The notes beneath the pieces are model-generated. The model saw only the letters and a list, made by a program, of their open reading frames with translations. It was not told the DNA's origin and made no database searches. DNA of 64,000 nucleotides from an uncultured Methanoregulaceae archaeon (GTDB lineage: Archaea > Halobacteriota > Methanomicrobia > Methanomicrobiales > Methanospirillaceae), in assembly GCA_963768785.1 (NCBI GenBank), contig CAVYJD010000014.1:230821-294820 (forward strand), in the 5' to 3' direction. Position 1 is the stretch's first letter; each line of letters opens with the position of its first letter. The position numbers were made by a program, and so were the translations under genes. Shown here piece by piece: positions 31,506-43,583 of the stretch.

Positions 31506-32355
31506 TTAAACTCTTTCCTTAATAAGGCGGGTAATACGCTCCTCCCGCTCTTCTCCGGATACCGTACGGGTAGGGTAAAAGGAATCAAATGTCGGAAGTG
31601 TCCGTTGGTATATCCTGCCAAGCGCAATGGGTGCATCCCGGTTATAATCCCATTCACGGGATTTTTTACATGCAGATTCAAAGTCCGTGGCATCGTGACC
31701 AGTCAGTTCGTAGATCCGGGACTGGTAATAGTCAGTCATGTTGAAAAACGTCGCACAGATCTGGAGCACGTCGATAAATGCAAACCCCTTATGAGCAATC
31801 CCGTCATGGATCAAGGTCTGCAGGAGTTCCATCTTTTTTGTATACCCGCGTGCGATGTACGTTGCCCCGGACGCCAGCATGAGTTCGACCGGGTTGAACG
31901 GATATTCGGTAGTGCCCGAAGGGGTTGATTTTCCTTTGAAACCCAGCGGGGATGTCGGGGTGTACCTGTCCGGTGGTAAGCCCGTACACCCGGTTATTGT
32001 GGACGATCAGGGTGATGTCGATGTTGCGTTTTGCTGCAAAGATCAGATGATCGAGTCCCTCGGCATACGCATCACCGTCTCCCGCGCAGCAGATGACCGT
32101 AAGGTCCGGGTTTGCAAGTTTTATGCCCGTAGCAACCGGAATCGTCCGCCCGTGAAGCGTGTAGACACTGTTGATGTTGAGGTAATCGGCCATCTTTGCA
32201 TGGCAGCCGATGCCGGTGACGAGCACCACATCATCAAGGGACTTTCCTTCTTTTTCCCGGTCCGCAAGAATATTTTTGAGCGTGTGCTGGATAGTGAAGT
32301 TCCCGCAGCCCGGGCACCAGGTGTTTTGGGTACCCGTAATCAACGTGCGTGCCAT
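31506..32355 (-). CDS. 2-oxoacid:ferredoxin oxidoreductase beta subunit (frameshift near 31965)
   Basis: WCPGCG, GIGC, HGR, GDGD..AEG, NNRVYGLTTGQ; C-terminus in ORF 31506..31880. Confidence 0.9.
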
Positions 32356-34010
32356 TATTGCATCGCCTCCTTTATCCGTTCATAGAGTTCGTCCGGGGTA
32401 AATGATCGCCCGTCATATTTCAGCACAAGAGCATCGGGATGGATGCCGTACTGCCGGGCAACTGTCGCCAGCTGCCCGGTTGCATTCTCCTCCACCGCAA
32501 TCAACCGTTTCACACCTGTCAATGCCTCTTTTACCTGGCGCTCCGGGAACGGAGCGAGGACCACCGGCTGCACAACCCGCAGACCAAGACGACCAGCTGC
32601 TTCCCCGCAGGCGCCCCGGGTCGATCCCCAGCACAGCAGAGCAGTGGATGCATCCGGAACCCCGAGCAGGTTTACCGGATGATACCGGTCCATTCCGCTG
32701 ATGAGACGCTCCTCTTTTCTCATGCGCTTTTGGGTCATCTGTAACACAACCGGTATCTCTTCAGTCGTGATTCCATCCTCATCGTGAGCGTAACTGTTTG
32801 CCTTCACAATCGCTCCTTTCGTGCCGGGAAAAGCAAGCGGGGAGATCCCGTCCGGGGTATCGCGGTACCGGGCATACGGCATCGTAACGTCCCTGCGGAC
32901 AGGGTCAGCGGGAGTTTCGTTATCGATGGTATCCCTGGTGAAACTATAGGTGCCTTCGGACAGCATTTTATCGATAAGGACAAACGCAGGGACCTGGTAT
33001 TCCCAGGCACAGTCCATGGCAATTTTTGACCAGGCATATGCTTCATCAGCATCACCAGGCGCGACAACAAGCCGGGGAAACTCTCCCTGCCCGGCAGACC
33101 GCACAAAATGCAGGTCGGCCTGCCCGGAATAGGTTGGAAGCCCGGTGGAAGGGCCGGTCCGCTGCGACATGACGATCACGATGGGGAATTCTGCCATACC
33201 GGCAAACGAGAGCCCTTCGGTCATCAGGCAGAACCCGCCTCCCGATGTCCCTACCGCAGTCCGGGTGCCGGCATACGCAAACCCAAGCGCCATGAGGATA
33301 ACCGCAATCTCGTTTTCCGGGTGAACCACCTTCAGGCAAAACCGGTCCTTTTGTTCTGCAAGAAAATGCAGTATGCTTGAGGAAGGGGTCATGGGATACG
33401 ACACATAGGCCGCCAACCCGCCCCTCACCAGTCCAAGCCCGACCGCTTCATTCCCGGTCAGGAGCGGGAGTGCGGCCCGGTGCAGCGGTTCTACCGGCCG
33501 TACTGTCTGCACCAGGTCATATGCCCGTCGGGCAACCTTGAGGTTCTGTTCGGCTTTTGGCATATGGGCAAAAAAAACGCTCTCCACGGTCTCCCAGGGA
33601 ATGCCGGCAGTTTTTGCAAATGCTCCAAGCATCGCAGAGTTCCCCATAATAGGAGGCGCTGCTTCTGCAGCAAGAAGCGATTTGAGAGAAACGCCCAAAG
33701 CACCATCGACTGGTTTTACCCGGTCCGAGTTGATCACGAGCGTGCACCCGGGACAATGCGACTGGTGCAGGTCTACGGTTTCCTGATCGAGGGCAAGGAT
33801 CACATCAGCACGGTCCTGGTGCACGGTGACCGGTTGATCAGATGCCCGGACAAGCGCAAAATTGTGCCCGCCCCGGATCAGGGACGGGTAATCATAATAC
33901 ATAAACACATGATATCCCAGATGGCCAAACATCCGGGCGACCATCGCCCCGGCGTTATTGATACCGTCCCCGGCCTTCCCGCCGACAAGCACTGACACTT
34001 CCTTTGCCAT
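32355..34010 (-). CDS. 2-oxoacid:acceptor oxidoreductase alpha subunit (gamma-alpha fusion)
   Basis: GGKAGDGI, IRGGHN, YPMTPSS, ENEIA, TSGGGF, RTGPSTGLPT, VEENATGQL. Confidence 0.92.
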   Translation of the reverse strand: MAKEVSVLVGGKAGDGINNAGAMVARMFGHLGYHVFMYYDYPSLIRGGHNFALVRASDQPVTVHQDRADVILALDQETVDLHQSHCPGCTLVINSDRVKPVDGALGVSLKSLLAAEAAPPIMGNSAMLGAFAKTAGIPWETVESVFFAHMPKAEQNLKVARRAYDLVQTVRPVEPLHRAALPLLTGNEAVGLGLVRGGLAAYVSYPMTPSSSILHFLAEQKDRFCLKVVHPENEIAVILMALGFAYAGTRTAVGTSGGGFCLMTEGLSFAGMAEFPIVIVMSQRTGPSTGLPTYSGQADLHFVRSAGQGEFPRLVVAPGDADEAYAWSKIAMDCAWEYQVPAFVLIDKMLSEGTYSFTRDTIDNETPADPVRRDVTMPYARYRDTPDGISPLAFPGTKGAIVKANSYAHDEDGITTEEIPVVLQMTQKRMRKEERLISGMDRYHPVNLLGVPDASTALLCWGSTRGACGEAAGRLGLRVVQPVVLAPFPERQVKEALTGVKRLIAVEENATGQLATVARQYGIHPDALVLKYDGRSFTPDELYERIKEAMQ

Positions 34011-34304
34011 AAAATACTCCCCACTATGTTCAGATGCCCCCGGAGAGGGATAAAGTTTAGGATAACGTATACCATGAGGCAAGAGGATTTATGACAAAAA
34101 TCATGACGTTAGTCCCGGGAATAAAATACGCCGGTTATGAAAATGGGTATATTCAAATATTTCTGCATCATCAAACAATTCTATACACGAAATGAAGCAT
34201 CAGTCCCGGGTCAATAATTTTATGAACACGGGTAAATAGCATGTACAAGTAATTATCTTGCCTGCAATGAAAAATTACCAATAACGGGGAGTGGTGGTAG
34301 TGCA

Positions 34305-35207
34305 ATGAATTCAAACGGACTGCTGTACGACAAAAAAGCGTACTATGTCCACAGCACCAGCGGCATGGACATGGACGGACTGATAAAAGCGATGCGGCAT
34401 ACCAACCTTGGCATCAGGTGGCGTGCGGCACTGGCACTGGGCGACATCGGGGAGCCGGCAATCAAACCGTTGATACGGGCGTTAAAGGAAAACGACCATG
34501 ATGTCCGCTGGCTTGCCGAACTGGCACTTGCACGGATGGGGGAGGCATCGATCCCTCAGCTTGTCCGGGCAATGATCGAAGATGATTTTGATGTCCGCTG
34601 GCATGCGGCAATGATTCTTGCAAAACTGGGTGAACCGGCCATTTCACCGCTCATTAAACTTTTGCAGGAGGGCGACAGTGACGTCCAGTGGCGCAGCGCC
34701 CTTGCCCTCTCCATGATTGGCGAACCTGCCGTTGAACCGCTGATCCTCGCATTAAAGGACCAGCACTGGTGGGTGAGGGTACGAGCCGTCTGGGCGCTTG
34801 GCGAGATCAAGGACAGCCGTGCTGTTGAGCCGCTCATCCAGTCTGTCAATGATCAGGACTGGTATGTCCGCTGGGGAGCCGCGGATGCCCTTGGAAAGAT
34901 CGGTGACAAACGGGCGGTGATGTGCCTTGGAAAGGCTTTAAAGGAGTCTGACTCCTTCGTGCAGGTGCCGGCCAGTTGGGCACTTGGAAGACTCGGGAGC
35001 GAAGCGCCGGTGGAAACCCTGATCGAGTCATTGAAAAACAGCGACTGGTATGTCCGCTGGGGAGCCGCGGATGCCCTTGGCAATATCGGAGACAAGCGGG
35101 CACTGCAACCACTCAAAAAACTCAAAGAGGACAAGGACGAGTATGTCCGCAAGGCGGCTGAAGAAGCAATCGAAAAAATTGTCTCCGGAAAATCTCCAAA
35201 AAAATAA
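34305..35207 (+). CDS. HEAT/PBS-lyase repeat protein
   Basis: About nine 31-aa repeats of the form VRW.AA.ALG.IG..AV.PLI..L.D. Confidence 0.9.
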   Translation: MNSNGLLYDKKAYYVHSTSGMDMDGLIKAMRHTNLGIRWRAALALGDIGEPAIKPLIRALKENDHDVRWLAELALARMGEASIPQLVRAMIEDDFDVRWHAAMILAKLGEPAISPLIKLLQEGDSDVQWRSALALSMIGEPAVEPLILALKDQHWWVRVRAVWALGEIKDSRAVEPLIQSVNDQDWYVRWGAADALGKIGDKRAVMCLGKALKESDSFVQVPASWALGRLGSEAPVETLIESLKNSDWYVRWGAADALGNIGDKRALQPLKKLKEDKDEYVRKAAEEAIEKIVSGKSPKK

Positions 35208-35216
35208 TTTTTTTGT

Positions 35217-35603
35217 TTATTTTGAGCAAATCAGTTCTTCGAGCATGCTCTTTATCTCGTTGATCCGGTAAGGTTTCGTGAGCCGTCCTGAAAAGCCGTA
35301 CGCCCGGTAATCCTGCATCACCGGATCATTTGAATAGCCGCTGGATACCACTGCTTTCACATCAGGATCAAATGCACGGAGTTTCTCTATCGCTTCACGG
35401 CCGTCCATACCATCGGGAATCGATAAGTCAAGAATGACCATGTCAAAAGGGTGACCAGCGGCTTTCTCTTTTTTGTACATCTCGATAGCTGTTTCACCCT
35501 CTTTTGCAAAGGCCACTTCGTACCCAAGAAACTTAAGTACTTCATAGGTTACGTCGAGAATAATCTGTTCGTCATCCATTAAAAGTACTTTACCTTTTTT
35601 CAT
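35217..35603 (-). CDS. Single-domain response regulator (REC)
   Basis: LLMDDE, ILDLSIP, SSGY, LTKPY. Confidence 0.92.
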   Translation of the reverse strand: MKKGKVLLMDDEQIILDVTYEVLKFLGYEVAFAKEGETAIEMYKKEKAAGHPFDMVILDLSIPDGMDGREAIEKLRAFDPDVKAVVSSGYSNDPVMQDYRAYGFSGRLTKPYRINEIKSMLEELICSK

Positions 35604-35845
35604 CGTATAACTCCAAACAGATTTCTGTATATATGTTTTACAAAATATTATATATACCCTCCATGAATTCGTTCATTTCTCACCGGGATAAACAAAATAA
35701 CCGGTATTCTCATTATGTCAGAGATTTTACCGGAATAATGAGCTCCCCCAGCAATAGCAGCAAAAAGATGGCTGGCACCGGTCAGGAGATGCTCGCCGTG
35801 CAGGAATACGTATGCACCAGTTCCTCAAAAATGTGATCGACACAT

Positions 35846-36128
35846 TCACGTGCCCTTTTTCATAGACCGCAGCCGTGCCGCCTCAACGGTATCTTCCACC
35901 CGCAGCAGGAACGTGCCATGACAGGGTTTTGTATAGGGAAAGATGATGAAATCATGGTCAAGGCCGATAGCGATTGGGCGGAACACCGATGAGATGGATA
36001 TCAAAAACCTTGAACCCGGGCTGGACATCGATATATTCGGAGAAGTGCTCTTTGATATAGTCCCTGCATTCCTTAAAGGATCCATCGCGGAGCAGGACCT
36101 CGTAATTCATGGATTCTACGCAGCCCAT
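35846..36128 (-). CDS. DUF1894 family protein (frameshift near 35975)
   Basis: MGCVESMNYEVLL...IGVPP, then IAIG..IIFPYTKPCHGTF; paired with DUF1890. Confidence 0.75.
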
Positions 36129-36589
36129 GGCGTCACCTCGTCGATGGCTTTTTTCAGCGGCAGGGGGTTATGCACGGCTTTTGCGGCGATTTTTATGCAG
36201 GGAAACTCAATCTGCCCCACAAGGGTGTCCTGGTGCTCGCCGTAGACCAGCGTATAGAGCTTTGCTTTTGAGATCACGTTCATCGTTGCGGCATAGCTGA
36301 TGCCTGCATCGTTATGGATAAAGACAAAACACCGGTCAAAATCCCGCTTCTTCTCGGTGATCTGGGCAATTGCCCGGTCAAGGTCCACGACTTCCCCGAG
36401 GTAGTGGCGATCCGGATCGGCGACAACAAGCAGGGTGTTTGCCGCTTTGTTGCCGGCAACCACCGGTACGATGCCGGCCTTTTTCAGGCGGTGGATAAGG
36501 TAAATTGCGATGCTCGTCTGCACCGGCACCTGCGGGCACCCGAGTACCAGGAGCGCGGTTCCGGGGGGTTTGGTAAGTTCACCAGACAC
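36116..36589 (-). CDS. DUF1890 family protein
   Basis: LLVLGCPQVPVQ, ADPDRHY, FIHNDAGISYA, AVHNPLPL. Confidence 0.85.
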   Translation of the reverse strand: MSGELTKPPGTALLVLGCPQVPVQTSIAIYLIHRLKKAGIVPVVAGNKAANTLLVVADPDRHYLGEVVDLDRAIAQITEKKRDFDRCFVFIHNDAGISYAATMNVISKAKLYTLVYGEHQDTLVGQIEFPCIKIAAKAVHNPLPLKKAIDEVTPWAA

Positions 36590-36705
36590 GGTTGATCAAT
36601 CCCTGCTGTATGGTACAGTGCTTTCATCAGCCATAAGGAAATAACCTTCGCGTATTTTGGACAGCGCGACGACAGCGCACTTAAGAAGAGACTGGCTGGT
36701 TTTAT

Positions 36706-37044
36706 TCATGCCTGTGTTTCCTGGTACACCCACTTGAGATAGGGTGCATAACCGGCAACAACCGGAATGACAATGATCTCCGGCAGTTCATACGGGTGAA
36801 TGGATTTTATCAAAGCGATTACTGCGGTGGAATCTTTTTTGGGGATCTTTGCCATGAGCAGGTCTTCATTATCTGCGCAGAACTCATCCCTCCACCGGTA
36901 GTAGGATCGCACGGGGGTTACATTGACACAGGCAACCTTTTGCTGTTCAACCAAAGCCCGTGCCATTGACTCTGAAGCGTCGTGCGGTGCGGTACAGAAA
37001 ACAACAACAATTTCGGGCTGAGATTCATCGTTTTTCACAGTCAT
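36706..37044 (-). CDS. cutA: Divalent cation tolerance protein CutA
   Basis: LVEQQKVACVN, SYYRW, HPYELPEII. Confidence 0.92.
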   Translation of the reverse strand: MTVKNDESQPEIVVVFCTAPHDASESMARALVEQQKVACVNVTPVRSYYRWRDEFCADNEDLLMAKIPKKDSTAVIALIKSIHPYELPEIIVIPVVAGYAPYLKWVYQETQA

Positions 37045-37179
37045 ATGCTTGTTGCACACTCCCTTGATTGGTAAATACCGGCTTTTTTGGTAATAAGCTG
37101 ATCACAGGAGGGACCCTGCCGACGTTGGTTTTTGTGATCGTTAATTACTATACATCCGGATAACAAACAAGTACTACCT

Positions 37180-38328
37180 ATGTACGCAGACCGCATGAGT
37201 AATCTCCCGCCGTACCTTTTTGCCCGGATTGACGAGATGAAAGCAGCTCAGCAAAAAAAAGGCGTTGATATCATCGACCTCGGTGTCGGAGACCCGGATC
37301 TCCCCACCCCCCCACACATCGTCGCTTCACTCTGTGCAGCGGCACAGAACCCGGATAATCATCATTACCCGTCCTATACCGGTATGCCGGCATACCGGCA
37401 GGCGGTTGCCGCATGGTATAAGACGCGATTCGGCGTTTCCCTTGAACCGATGAAAGAGACGCTCGCACTCATGGGCTCAAAAGATGGTATCGCCCATATT
37501 GCAGAGGCCTTTGTCAATCCCGGAGACTACGTGCTTGCTCCCAGTCCCGGGTACCCGGTATACCGGACCGGAACACTCTTTGCAGAGGGAAGAGTGCACG
37601 AGATGCCGCTGACCCGGGAGAACAATTTCATACCCGTGCTCGATGACATCCCAGATAACGTCCTGAAATCTGCAAAACTCATGTTCATCAACTACCCCAA
37701 CAACCCGACAGCAGCGGTTGCTCCGGCGGGGTTCTACAAAGAAGTGGTGGATTTTGCCCGCGAATACAATATAGTCGTCGTCTCGGACAACGCGTACTCC
37801 GAGATCGCATATGACGGGTATCGTGCGCCATCGTTCCTTGAGACAGAGGGTGCAATGGATGTGGGTATCGAGATGCACTCGCTGTCAAAGACCTACAACA
37901 TGACCGGCTGGCGGATCGGTATGGCAGTCGGCAACCCGGAGATCCTTTCCGGTCTCGGGCGGGTCAAGACCAACGTGGACTCAGGAGTGTTCAACGCCGT
38001 GCAGCACGCCGCGATTACTGCCTTAACCGGGCCGCAGGACTGTGTCAGAGAGGCGTGCGCCATTTACCAGGAACGCAGGGATGTGCTGATTGCCGGGCTG
38101 CGGGATCTGGGTTTTGATGTGCCCTCGCCAAAGGCAACGTTCTATGTCTGGCTGCCGGTGGACGACTGCATGTCGTTTGCGGCAAAACTGCTTGATGAGG
38201 CAGGCATCGTGGCAACACCGGGCGTCGGGTTTGGTTCAAGCGGAGAAGGGTATGTGCGGTTTGCCATTACCCGGCCGGTTGCACGGATAAAAGAGGCAAT
38301 TGAACGGATGAGGAGGCTGGACCTGTGA
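37180..38328 (+). CDS. dapL: LL-diaminopimelate aminotransferase
   Basis: [40 protein letters not shown]; coupled to lysA. Confidence 0.9.
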   Translation: MYADRMSNLPPYLFARIDEMKAAQQKKGVDIIDLGVGDPDLPTPPHIVASLCAAAQNPDNHHYPSYTGMPAYRQAVAAWYKTRFGVSLEPMKETLALMGSKDGIAHIAEAFVNPGDYVLAPSPGYPVYRTGTLFAEGRVHEMPLTRENNFIPVLDDIPDNVLKSAKLMFINYPNNPTAAVAPAGFYKEVVDFAREYNIVVVSDNAYSEIAYDGYRAPSFLETEGAMDVGIEMHSLSKTYNMTGWRIGMAVGNPEILSGLGRVKTNVDSGVFNAVQHAAITALTGPQDCVREACAIYQERRDVLIAGLRDLGFDVPSPKATFYVWLPVDDCMSFAAKLLDEAGIVATPGVGFGSSGEGYVRFAITRPVARIKEAIERMRRLDL

Positions 38329-39617
38329 AACTCCCCCACCATTTAACGGTCAATAACGGTCACCTCCATATCGGGGGAAAGGACTGTGTCGCACTCGCAG
38401 AAAAATATGGCACACCACTCTACGTGACCAGTGAAGACCGTGTCTGCGAGCAGTTCGAAAGGTACAAAAAGGCGCTTTTGAGCAGGTACCCGAAGGTTCA
38501 GGTGCTCTTTGCAGCAAAGGCAAATGGCAATCTTGCGCTGATGAGGGCACTTGGCAACCTCGGTGCCGGTGCAGATGTGTTCTCCTCAGGAGAACTCCAC
38601 CTTGCACTGGACGCCGGCATGCGGCCGGAACGACTGCTTTTTAACGGGAGTTCAAAAACGCCCCAGGACCTCAGTCTTGCGGTGGAAAAAGGCGTCAAAG
38701 TCTCGGTGGATTCACTGGATGAACTCCACCAGCTCGATGCGGCGGCACGGGCTGCAGGAAAGGTTGCGCAGATCGCGTTCCGGGTCAACCCGGCACTCGA
38801 AGTCCCGACGCACCCGAAGATCGCCACGGGGCTTAAAACCAGCAAGTTTGGTATCCCCCACGAAGAGATCCCGGCGGCGTACCAGGAAGCGCTTGCCTGC
38901 AAAAACATCCGGCCGGTCGGGATCCACTGCCATATCGGTTCGCAGATCCTCGATGTGGAACCCTTTGCCCGGGCAGCGGAGGTCATGGTCAGGATCGCAA
39001 AAGAACTCACCGGTATAGGCGTGAAACTTGAGTTCATCGATATCGGCGGCGGACTGGGGATTCCCTACCACCATGACTCCGATCCGGCTCCCACTGCCGA
39101 AGATTATGCGGCAAAAGTAATTCCCCTGTTCAAAGCTGGTGTCGAAGCGTGTGGGATAACCCCCGAACTCTGGGTAGAGCCGGGGCGTTCACTGGTCGCC
39201 GATTCAACCGTGCTCCTCACCCGGGTCAACTCCACAAAAACTGCACACAAACGGTTTGCAAATGTCGATGCAGGGTTCAACCTGCTGATCCGCCCCGCGA
39301 TGTATGACGCCTACCATGAAGTGATCGTCGCTAACAAGGCGGATGCTGCCCTTACAACGGAATATACTGTCACCGGACCGATCTGTGAAACGGGAGATAT
39401 CCTCGCACCGGACCGCCGGCTGCCGGAACTTGCGGCGGGAGATATCATTGCCGTCCTCGATGCCGGCGCCTATGGCTACGCGATGTCCTCGCAGTACAAT
39501 TGCCGCCCCCGGTGCCCGGAAGTGCTCATAAGGGGCAGTGATGTGGCACTGATGCGCCGCGGCGAAACCATCGGGGACATTACCGGTACGATGCAGCGTC
39601 CGCCATGGCAGCAGTAA
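38325..39617 (+). CDS. lysA: Diaminopimelate decarboxylase
   Basis: [39 protein letters not shown]. Confidence 0.95.
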   Translation: MKLPHHLTVNNGHLHIGGKDCVALAEKYGTPLYVTSEDRVCEQFERYKKALLSRYPKVQVLFAAKANGNLALMRALGNLGAGADVFSSGELHLALDAGMRPERLLFNGSSKTPQDLSLAVEKGVKVSVDSLDELHQLDAAARAAGKVAQIAFRVNPALEVPTHPKIATGLKTSKFGIPHEEIPAAYQEALACKNIRPVGIHCHIGSQILDVEPFARAAEVMVRIAKELTGIGVKLEFIDIGGGLGIPYHHDSDPAPTAEDYAAKVIPLFKAGVEACGITPELWVEPGRSLVADSTVLLTRVNSTKTAHKRFANVDAGFNLLIRPAMYDAYHEVIVANKADAALTTEYTVTGPICETGDILAPDRRLPELAAGDIIAVLDAGAYGYAMSSQYNCRPRCPEVLIRGSDVALMRRGETIGDITGTMQRPPWQQ

Positions 39618-39636
39618 CAGGAGGAGGCTTTCGCCC

Positions 39637-40939
39637 GTGCTCTTTCATTACGCGCTTGTCGACGACCTCATCTCAAAAGAAGAGTTTGAGCAGCGCGTAG
39701 ACATAAAAATCAGAAGAGTGCGGGGATCTCATCGATGAGCCGACTGCGGCGATGCTCGTGGTCGGCGAACTCGGGCGCCAGCACGTAAAGATCCGGGAAC
39801 TTTCGGGCAAATCCAGCCTGTTCTCTTTTTTTGGGAAAGTCATTGACAAGACCGAGCCGCACGAATTTGACCGCAAGGACGGCGAGAAGGGCTGGGTTGC
39901 CACCCTGCTGCTCGGGGATGAAACCGGGTCTGCCCGCATCGTTCTCTGGGATGAAAAAGCCGGGGCGGCAGTAGAGATTGCAATCGGCGATGTCCTTGAG
40001 ATCATCGGGCGATCTGCCGGCAGGGGCGCAAAAGAGATTTACGCGCTTGCCCTGCGAAAAGCCACGTGTGAGATTACCTGCACGATACCGGCGGGGGATC
40101 CGGTGGGAGCCTTTCATCTGAACCGGTTGATCTGGATGTCATGATTCTTGGCATCGAACCACCCAGGACGTTTACCCGGCGGGATGGGACCACCGCTGAA
40201 ATGGTGGAAGGAGTCATCGGTGACGAGAACAGGCACGGCACGGCTGGTTGCATGGAGCCCGGACCTTCTTGTGGGTATCGCCCCGGGTTCTGCCGTGCAT
40301 ATTACCGCGGCAAAACCCAACAACCGGGGCGAGGGACGGGCATATAGTATCGATGAGAAAAGTACGGTCACGGTCATCGATCAGCAGATTGCGGTACCGT
40401 TTACCCCGATTGAATCAGTCAGTGACCAGGGGTTCTATTCTGTTCAGGGAACAGTAAAGACGGTACAGGAGCCGCGGTCGTTTGTGTCCCGTGATGGTTC
40501 ATCATCATGGGTGCGAAACCTGTGCATCAGCGATGGCAAAGATGAGATCCGGGTCGTTCTCTGGGGGGACAAGGCGCTTGCCGCACTTGCTCCCGGAGAC
40601 CGTCTGGAGATCTACCATGCGTCTGCCAAAGCCGGGCGGTTTGGCGGCATTGAACTGGGTGTCGGGAGAGGAAGCATCCTGAATGTCCCAAAAGAGATCC
40701 CAGAGGAAATTGTTTTTTCCGGAACGATTATTGCGGGCAATGGCTGTATATTCATAGATAACGGAAAGGAACGTTTCATTGTAAAAGGGGAATATCCCCA
40801 TGGATCGGATCTGCGGATCAGCGGTACCCGGCAAGGCAACTGTATTACACCGCAGAAGGTCGATCCCGTACATCGGACACCGGATGAGGTCATGGCGCGG
40901 CTGGTGCAGTTCACCGGTACACAGGAAAACACCCGATGA
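39637..40939 (+). CDS. OB-fold single-stranded DNA-binding protein (RPA-like); about three frameshifts
   Basis: Repeated F.R.DG..G.V...GDETG..R.VLW OB motifs over ORFs 39752, 40141 and 40148; GTG start after GGAGG; upstream of radA. Confidence 0.8.
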
Positions 40940-41027
40940 TCATGCATAATCACTTTCACCCCGCACAGTCACAGAGGCTATATGGGTGAGGTTGAAATGT
41001 TGTTATGCCATAGGAGATGTGCAAGAA

Positions 41028-42005
41028 ATGGCTGAAAAACCATTAGACATTGAAGATTTACCAGGTGTTGGACCAAGCACCGCAGACAAGCTTCGTGAAG
41101 CAGGCTACCTTTCAGTGGAGAGCATTGCAACCGCAGCACCGGCAGAACTGTCAGAGATCACCGAAATATCCGAGTCCACGGCAAAGAAGATCATCAAAGC
41201 CGCCCGTGAATCGGCAGATATCGGCGGGTTCAAGACAGGCAAAGACATCTTTGAGCAGAGAAAGGATGTCAAAAAACTCTCGTTCCGGGTCCCGGAGCTG
41301 GACGCCCTGTTGGGTGGCGGTATGGAAACACAGGCTATCACCGAGATGTACGGTGAATTCGGGTCAGGTAAAAGCCAGATCGTCCACCAGATGTCCGTGA
41401 ACGTGCAGCTTCCCCTGGACCAGGGAGGGCTTGACGGCAGCGTCATCTACATCGATACCGAGAATACCTTCCGTCCCGAACGTATCGAACAGATGGTAAA
41501 TGGCCTCGGGCTTGACGATATCCCGGACCCGCAGGAATTTTTGAATAATATCCATATCGCACGTGCACATACCTCAGATCACCAGATGCTTCTCATCGAT
41601 AACTCACGGGATCTGGCAAACGAGTTAAAGGACAGCGGTAAACCGGTGAAACTCTTTATTATCGATTCACTGACCGCACATTTCCGGGCGGAATACGCCG
41701 GCAGGGGAACACTTGCCGCCCGCCAGCAGAAACTGAACCGGCACATGCACGAGCTCTTCAAACTCATTGACGAGCACAATGGCGTGGGCCTTGTCACCAA
41801 CCAGGTCATGTCAAACCCGGCAGTGTTCTTTGGTGACCCGACAAAACCCATCGGGGGCAACATTGTCGGCCATACCGCAACATTCCGCCTCTACCTGCGC
41901 AAGAGCAAGGGAGGCAAACGTATTGCACGCCTTGTTGACAGCCCCAACCTGCCCGAGGGCGAGGCACCGTTCATGGTTGAAGAGGGTGGCCTTAAATCGT
42001 GCTAA
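41028..42005 (+). CDS. radA: DNA repair and recombination protein RadA
   Basis: [48 protein letters not shown]. Confidence 0.97.
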   Translation: MAEKPLDIEDLPGVGPSTADKLREAGYLSVESIATAAPAELSEITEISESTAKKIIKAARESADIGGFKTGKDIFEQRKDVKKLSFRVPELDALLGGGMETQAITEMYGEFGSGKSQIVHQMSVNVQLPLDQGGLDGSVIYIDTENTFRPERIEQMVNGLGLDDIPDPQEFLNNIHIARAHTSDHQMLLIDNSRDLANELKDSGKPVKLFIIDSLTAHFRAEYAGRGTLAARQQKLNRHMHELFKLIDEHNGVGLVTNQVMSNPAVFFGDPTKPIGGNIVGHTATFRLYLRKSKGGKRIARLVDSPNLPEGEAPFMVEEGGLKSC

Positions 42006-42697
42006 AAGCGCTCCTTACCGATGTGGACGGGACTATCACCGACCCCACCCGCAGGATCGATACCGGGGCGGTCGCAATGATCCGTTCGCTCGTGGACCAG
42101 GACATTGAGGTGGTGCTGGCAAGCGGCAACACCTCCTGTTTTATGGATGCCCTCTGCAAGATGATCGGAACGCATGGCACGTTTATCGCGGAGAACGGGG
42201 GAGTGTACCGGATCGGGTATACAGGCACCCTTCACATCAACGGGGACCAGTCGGTCTGCCGCACCGCTCTTGAGGCGCTCCAGGACCATTACCGGAAAAA
42301 AGGTATCGAACTGGAACTCTACAATCCCACGTACCGGTTTGCAGACCTCGCATTTGCCCGTACGGTCCCCGCAGATGAAGTAACGACATTTCTTAAAAAT
42401 TTTCCCGTACAGGTGATTGATACCGGCTATGCGATACACCTGCAGTCTCTCGGTGTCAATAAAGGGACCGCCCTTCTTGCGCTCGCAAAGGACATGGGAC
42501 TTCACCCATCAGACTTCCTTGCAATTGGTGACTCGCTAAATGATCTCCAGATGCTAAAAACGGCCGGTATGGGTATCACCGTTGCAAATGCGCACCCGGG
42601 CATAAAAGCAGTCGCAGCCTATGTGAGCGAAAAAGAGTATGGAAGCGGGTTTGTTGATGCACTTAAAAAATATGAACCTTACCTTCGTGCAAGGTAG
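41999..42697 (+). CDS. Phosphoglycolate phosphatase (archaeal HAD IIB)
   Basis: DVDGT, ASGN, AENGG, NKG, GDSLND. Confidence 0.9.
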   Translation: MLKALLTDVDGTITDPTRRIDTGAVAMIRSLVDQDIEVVLASGNTSCFMDALCKMIGTHGTFIAENGGVYRIGYTGTLHINGDQSVCRTALEALQDHYRKKGIELELYNPTYRFADLAFARTVPADEVTTFLKNFPVQVIDTGYAIHLQSLGVNKGTALLALAKDMGLHPSDFLAIGDSLNDLQMLKTAGMGITVANAHPGIKAVAAYVSEKEYGSGFVDALKKYEPYLRAR

Positions 42698-42933
42698 CGG
42701 TCAACAACAATATAGTCCTTGATATCTTTTACCGACTCAAACGGGATGATAAGCAGTTTGTCATCCTCAAGTGTGTATCCATCCGTTACAAAGGTCTGGT
42801 CAGGGTGAACGATCATCTCGAGAACCTGCCCTGAATCAAAATCGACCCGGATATTTTTGAGCGTTCCGATAAGCTTACCGTCATTGCTCATAACTTTTTT
42901 TCGTGATAGTGTCCGGGCAAAGATGCGAGTCAT
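42679..42933 (-). CDS. PRC-barrel domain protein
   Basis: K.VMSNDGKLIG.LKNI..D...G; IPFESVKDIKDYIVV. Confidence 0.88.
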   Translation of the reverse strand: MTRIFARTLSRKKVMSNDGKLIGTLKNIRVDFDSGQVLEMIVHPDQTFVTDGYTLEDDKLLIIPFESVKDIKDYIVVDRYLARR

Positions 42934-43233
42934 GAAAAAAAGTCGATTTATTAATATTTAAAGTGATCTGAAATAGCGGGACAAAATCCGTTATTTTATG
43001 GAATACTTCGCCAATTTCAGGGTTTTAGTCATTCTGTCGTGATGATGCGACCGGTTTTTAGAAAGACATAATCACGGTTAGCCAAAAGGGAGGCTCCCAC
43101 GATTGAGGGCATACCTGAGGTGATGCAGGAATCGGGGGTTTGATCTTGTTGAGATCTTAAAGAGAGAGGCTCTTTTGCTATTTCATGTGGTTACGTTCAA
43201 CGATGAATTAATCTTTTTAGTGAGTTGATTGAG

Positions 43234-43276
43234 CCGCCGTGGGGGTGCCCCGTCGGGGGCGGCGGAGTTCATCTTA
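43234..43276 (+). repeat. Module B (copy 2)
   Basis: CCGCCGTGGGGGTGCCCCGTCGGGGGCGGCGGAGTTCATCTTA. Confidence 0.85.
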
Positions 43277-43313
43277 TTTTGGAGCATTTGGTCATCCATA
43301 ATTTTTGGTATCA

Positions 43314-43547
43314 GCTCTGTAGAAATCATCTATTTTCGATAAATTATTCGATCTTTCATCAATTATGAGGGTGACCCCCTCATTCCCCCAGAGGGGGAGG
43401 CACCCCAAGGGGAGCAGCCCCTTGACCCCCTATTTTGTTCGATGTTGGTCATCAACATTCTAATGATTATTTTGTGCTATCGAATGATGCCTAAACGGCG
43501 AAAGCAAAAAACACGATGTATAAAAGATCCTCCAAGAGCGACTACAG
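43314..43547 (-). mobile_element. MITE-like element carrying module D (copy 2, inverted)
   Basis: GCTCTGTAGAAATC at 43314; core 43364-43430 is the reverse complement of 31380-31446 apart from a few loop/linker changes; far end degenerate. Confidence 0.6.
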
Positions 43548-43583
43548 ATTTATCTCGAGAATTTCTCGAGAACCCTTATCCCG

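Noticed and set aside
43020-43200. Possible small RNA upstream of the PRC-barrel gene
   Set aside because: Only short, weak hairpins, with no second copy or recognisable motif.
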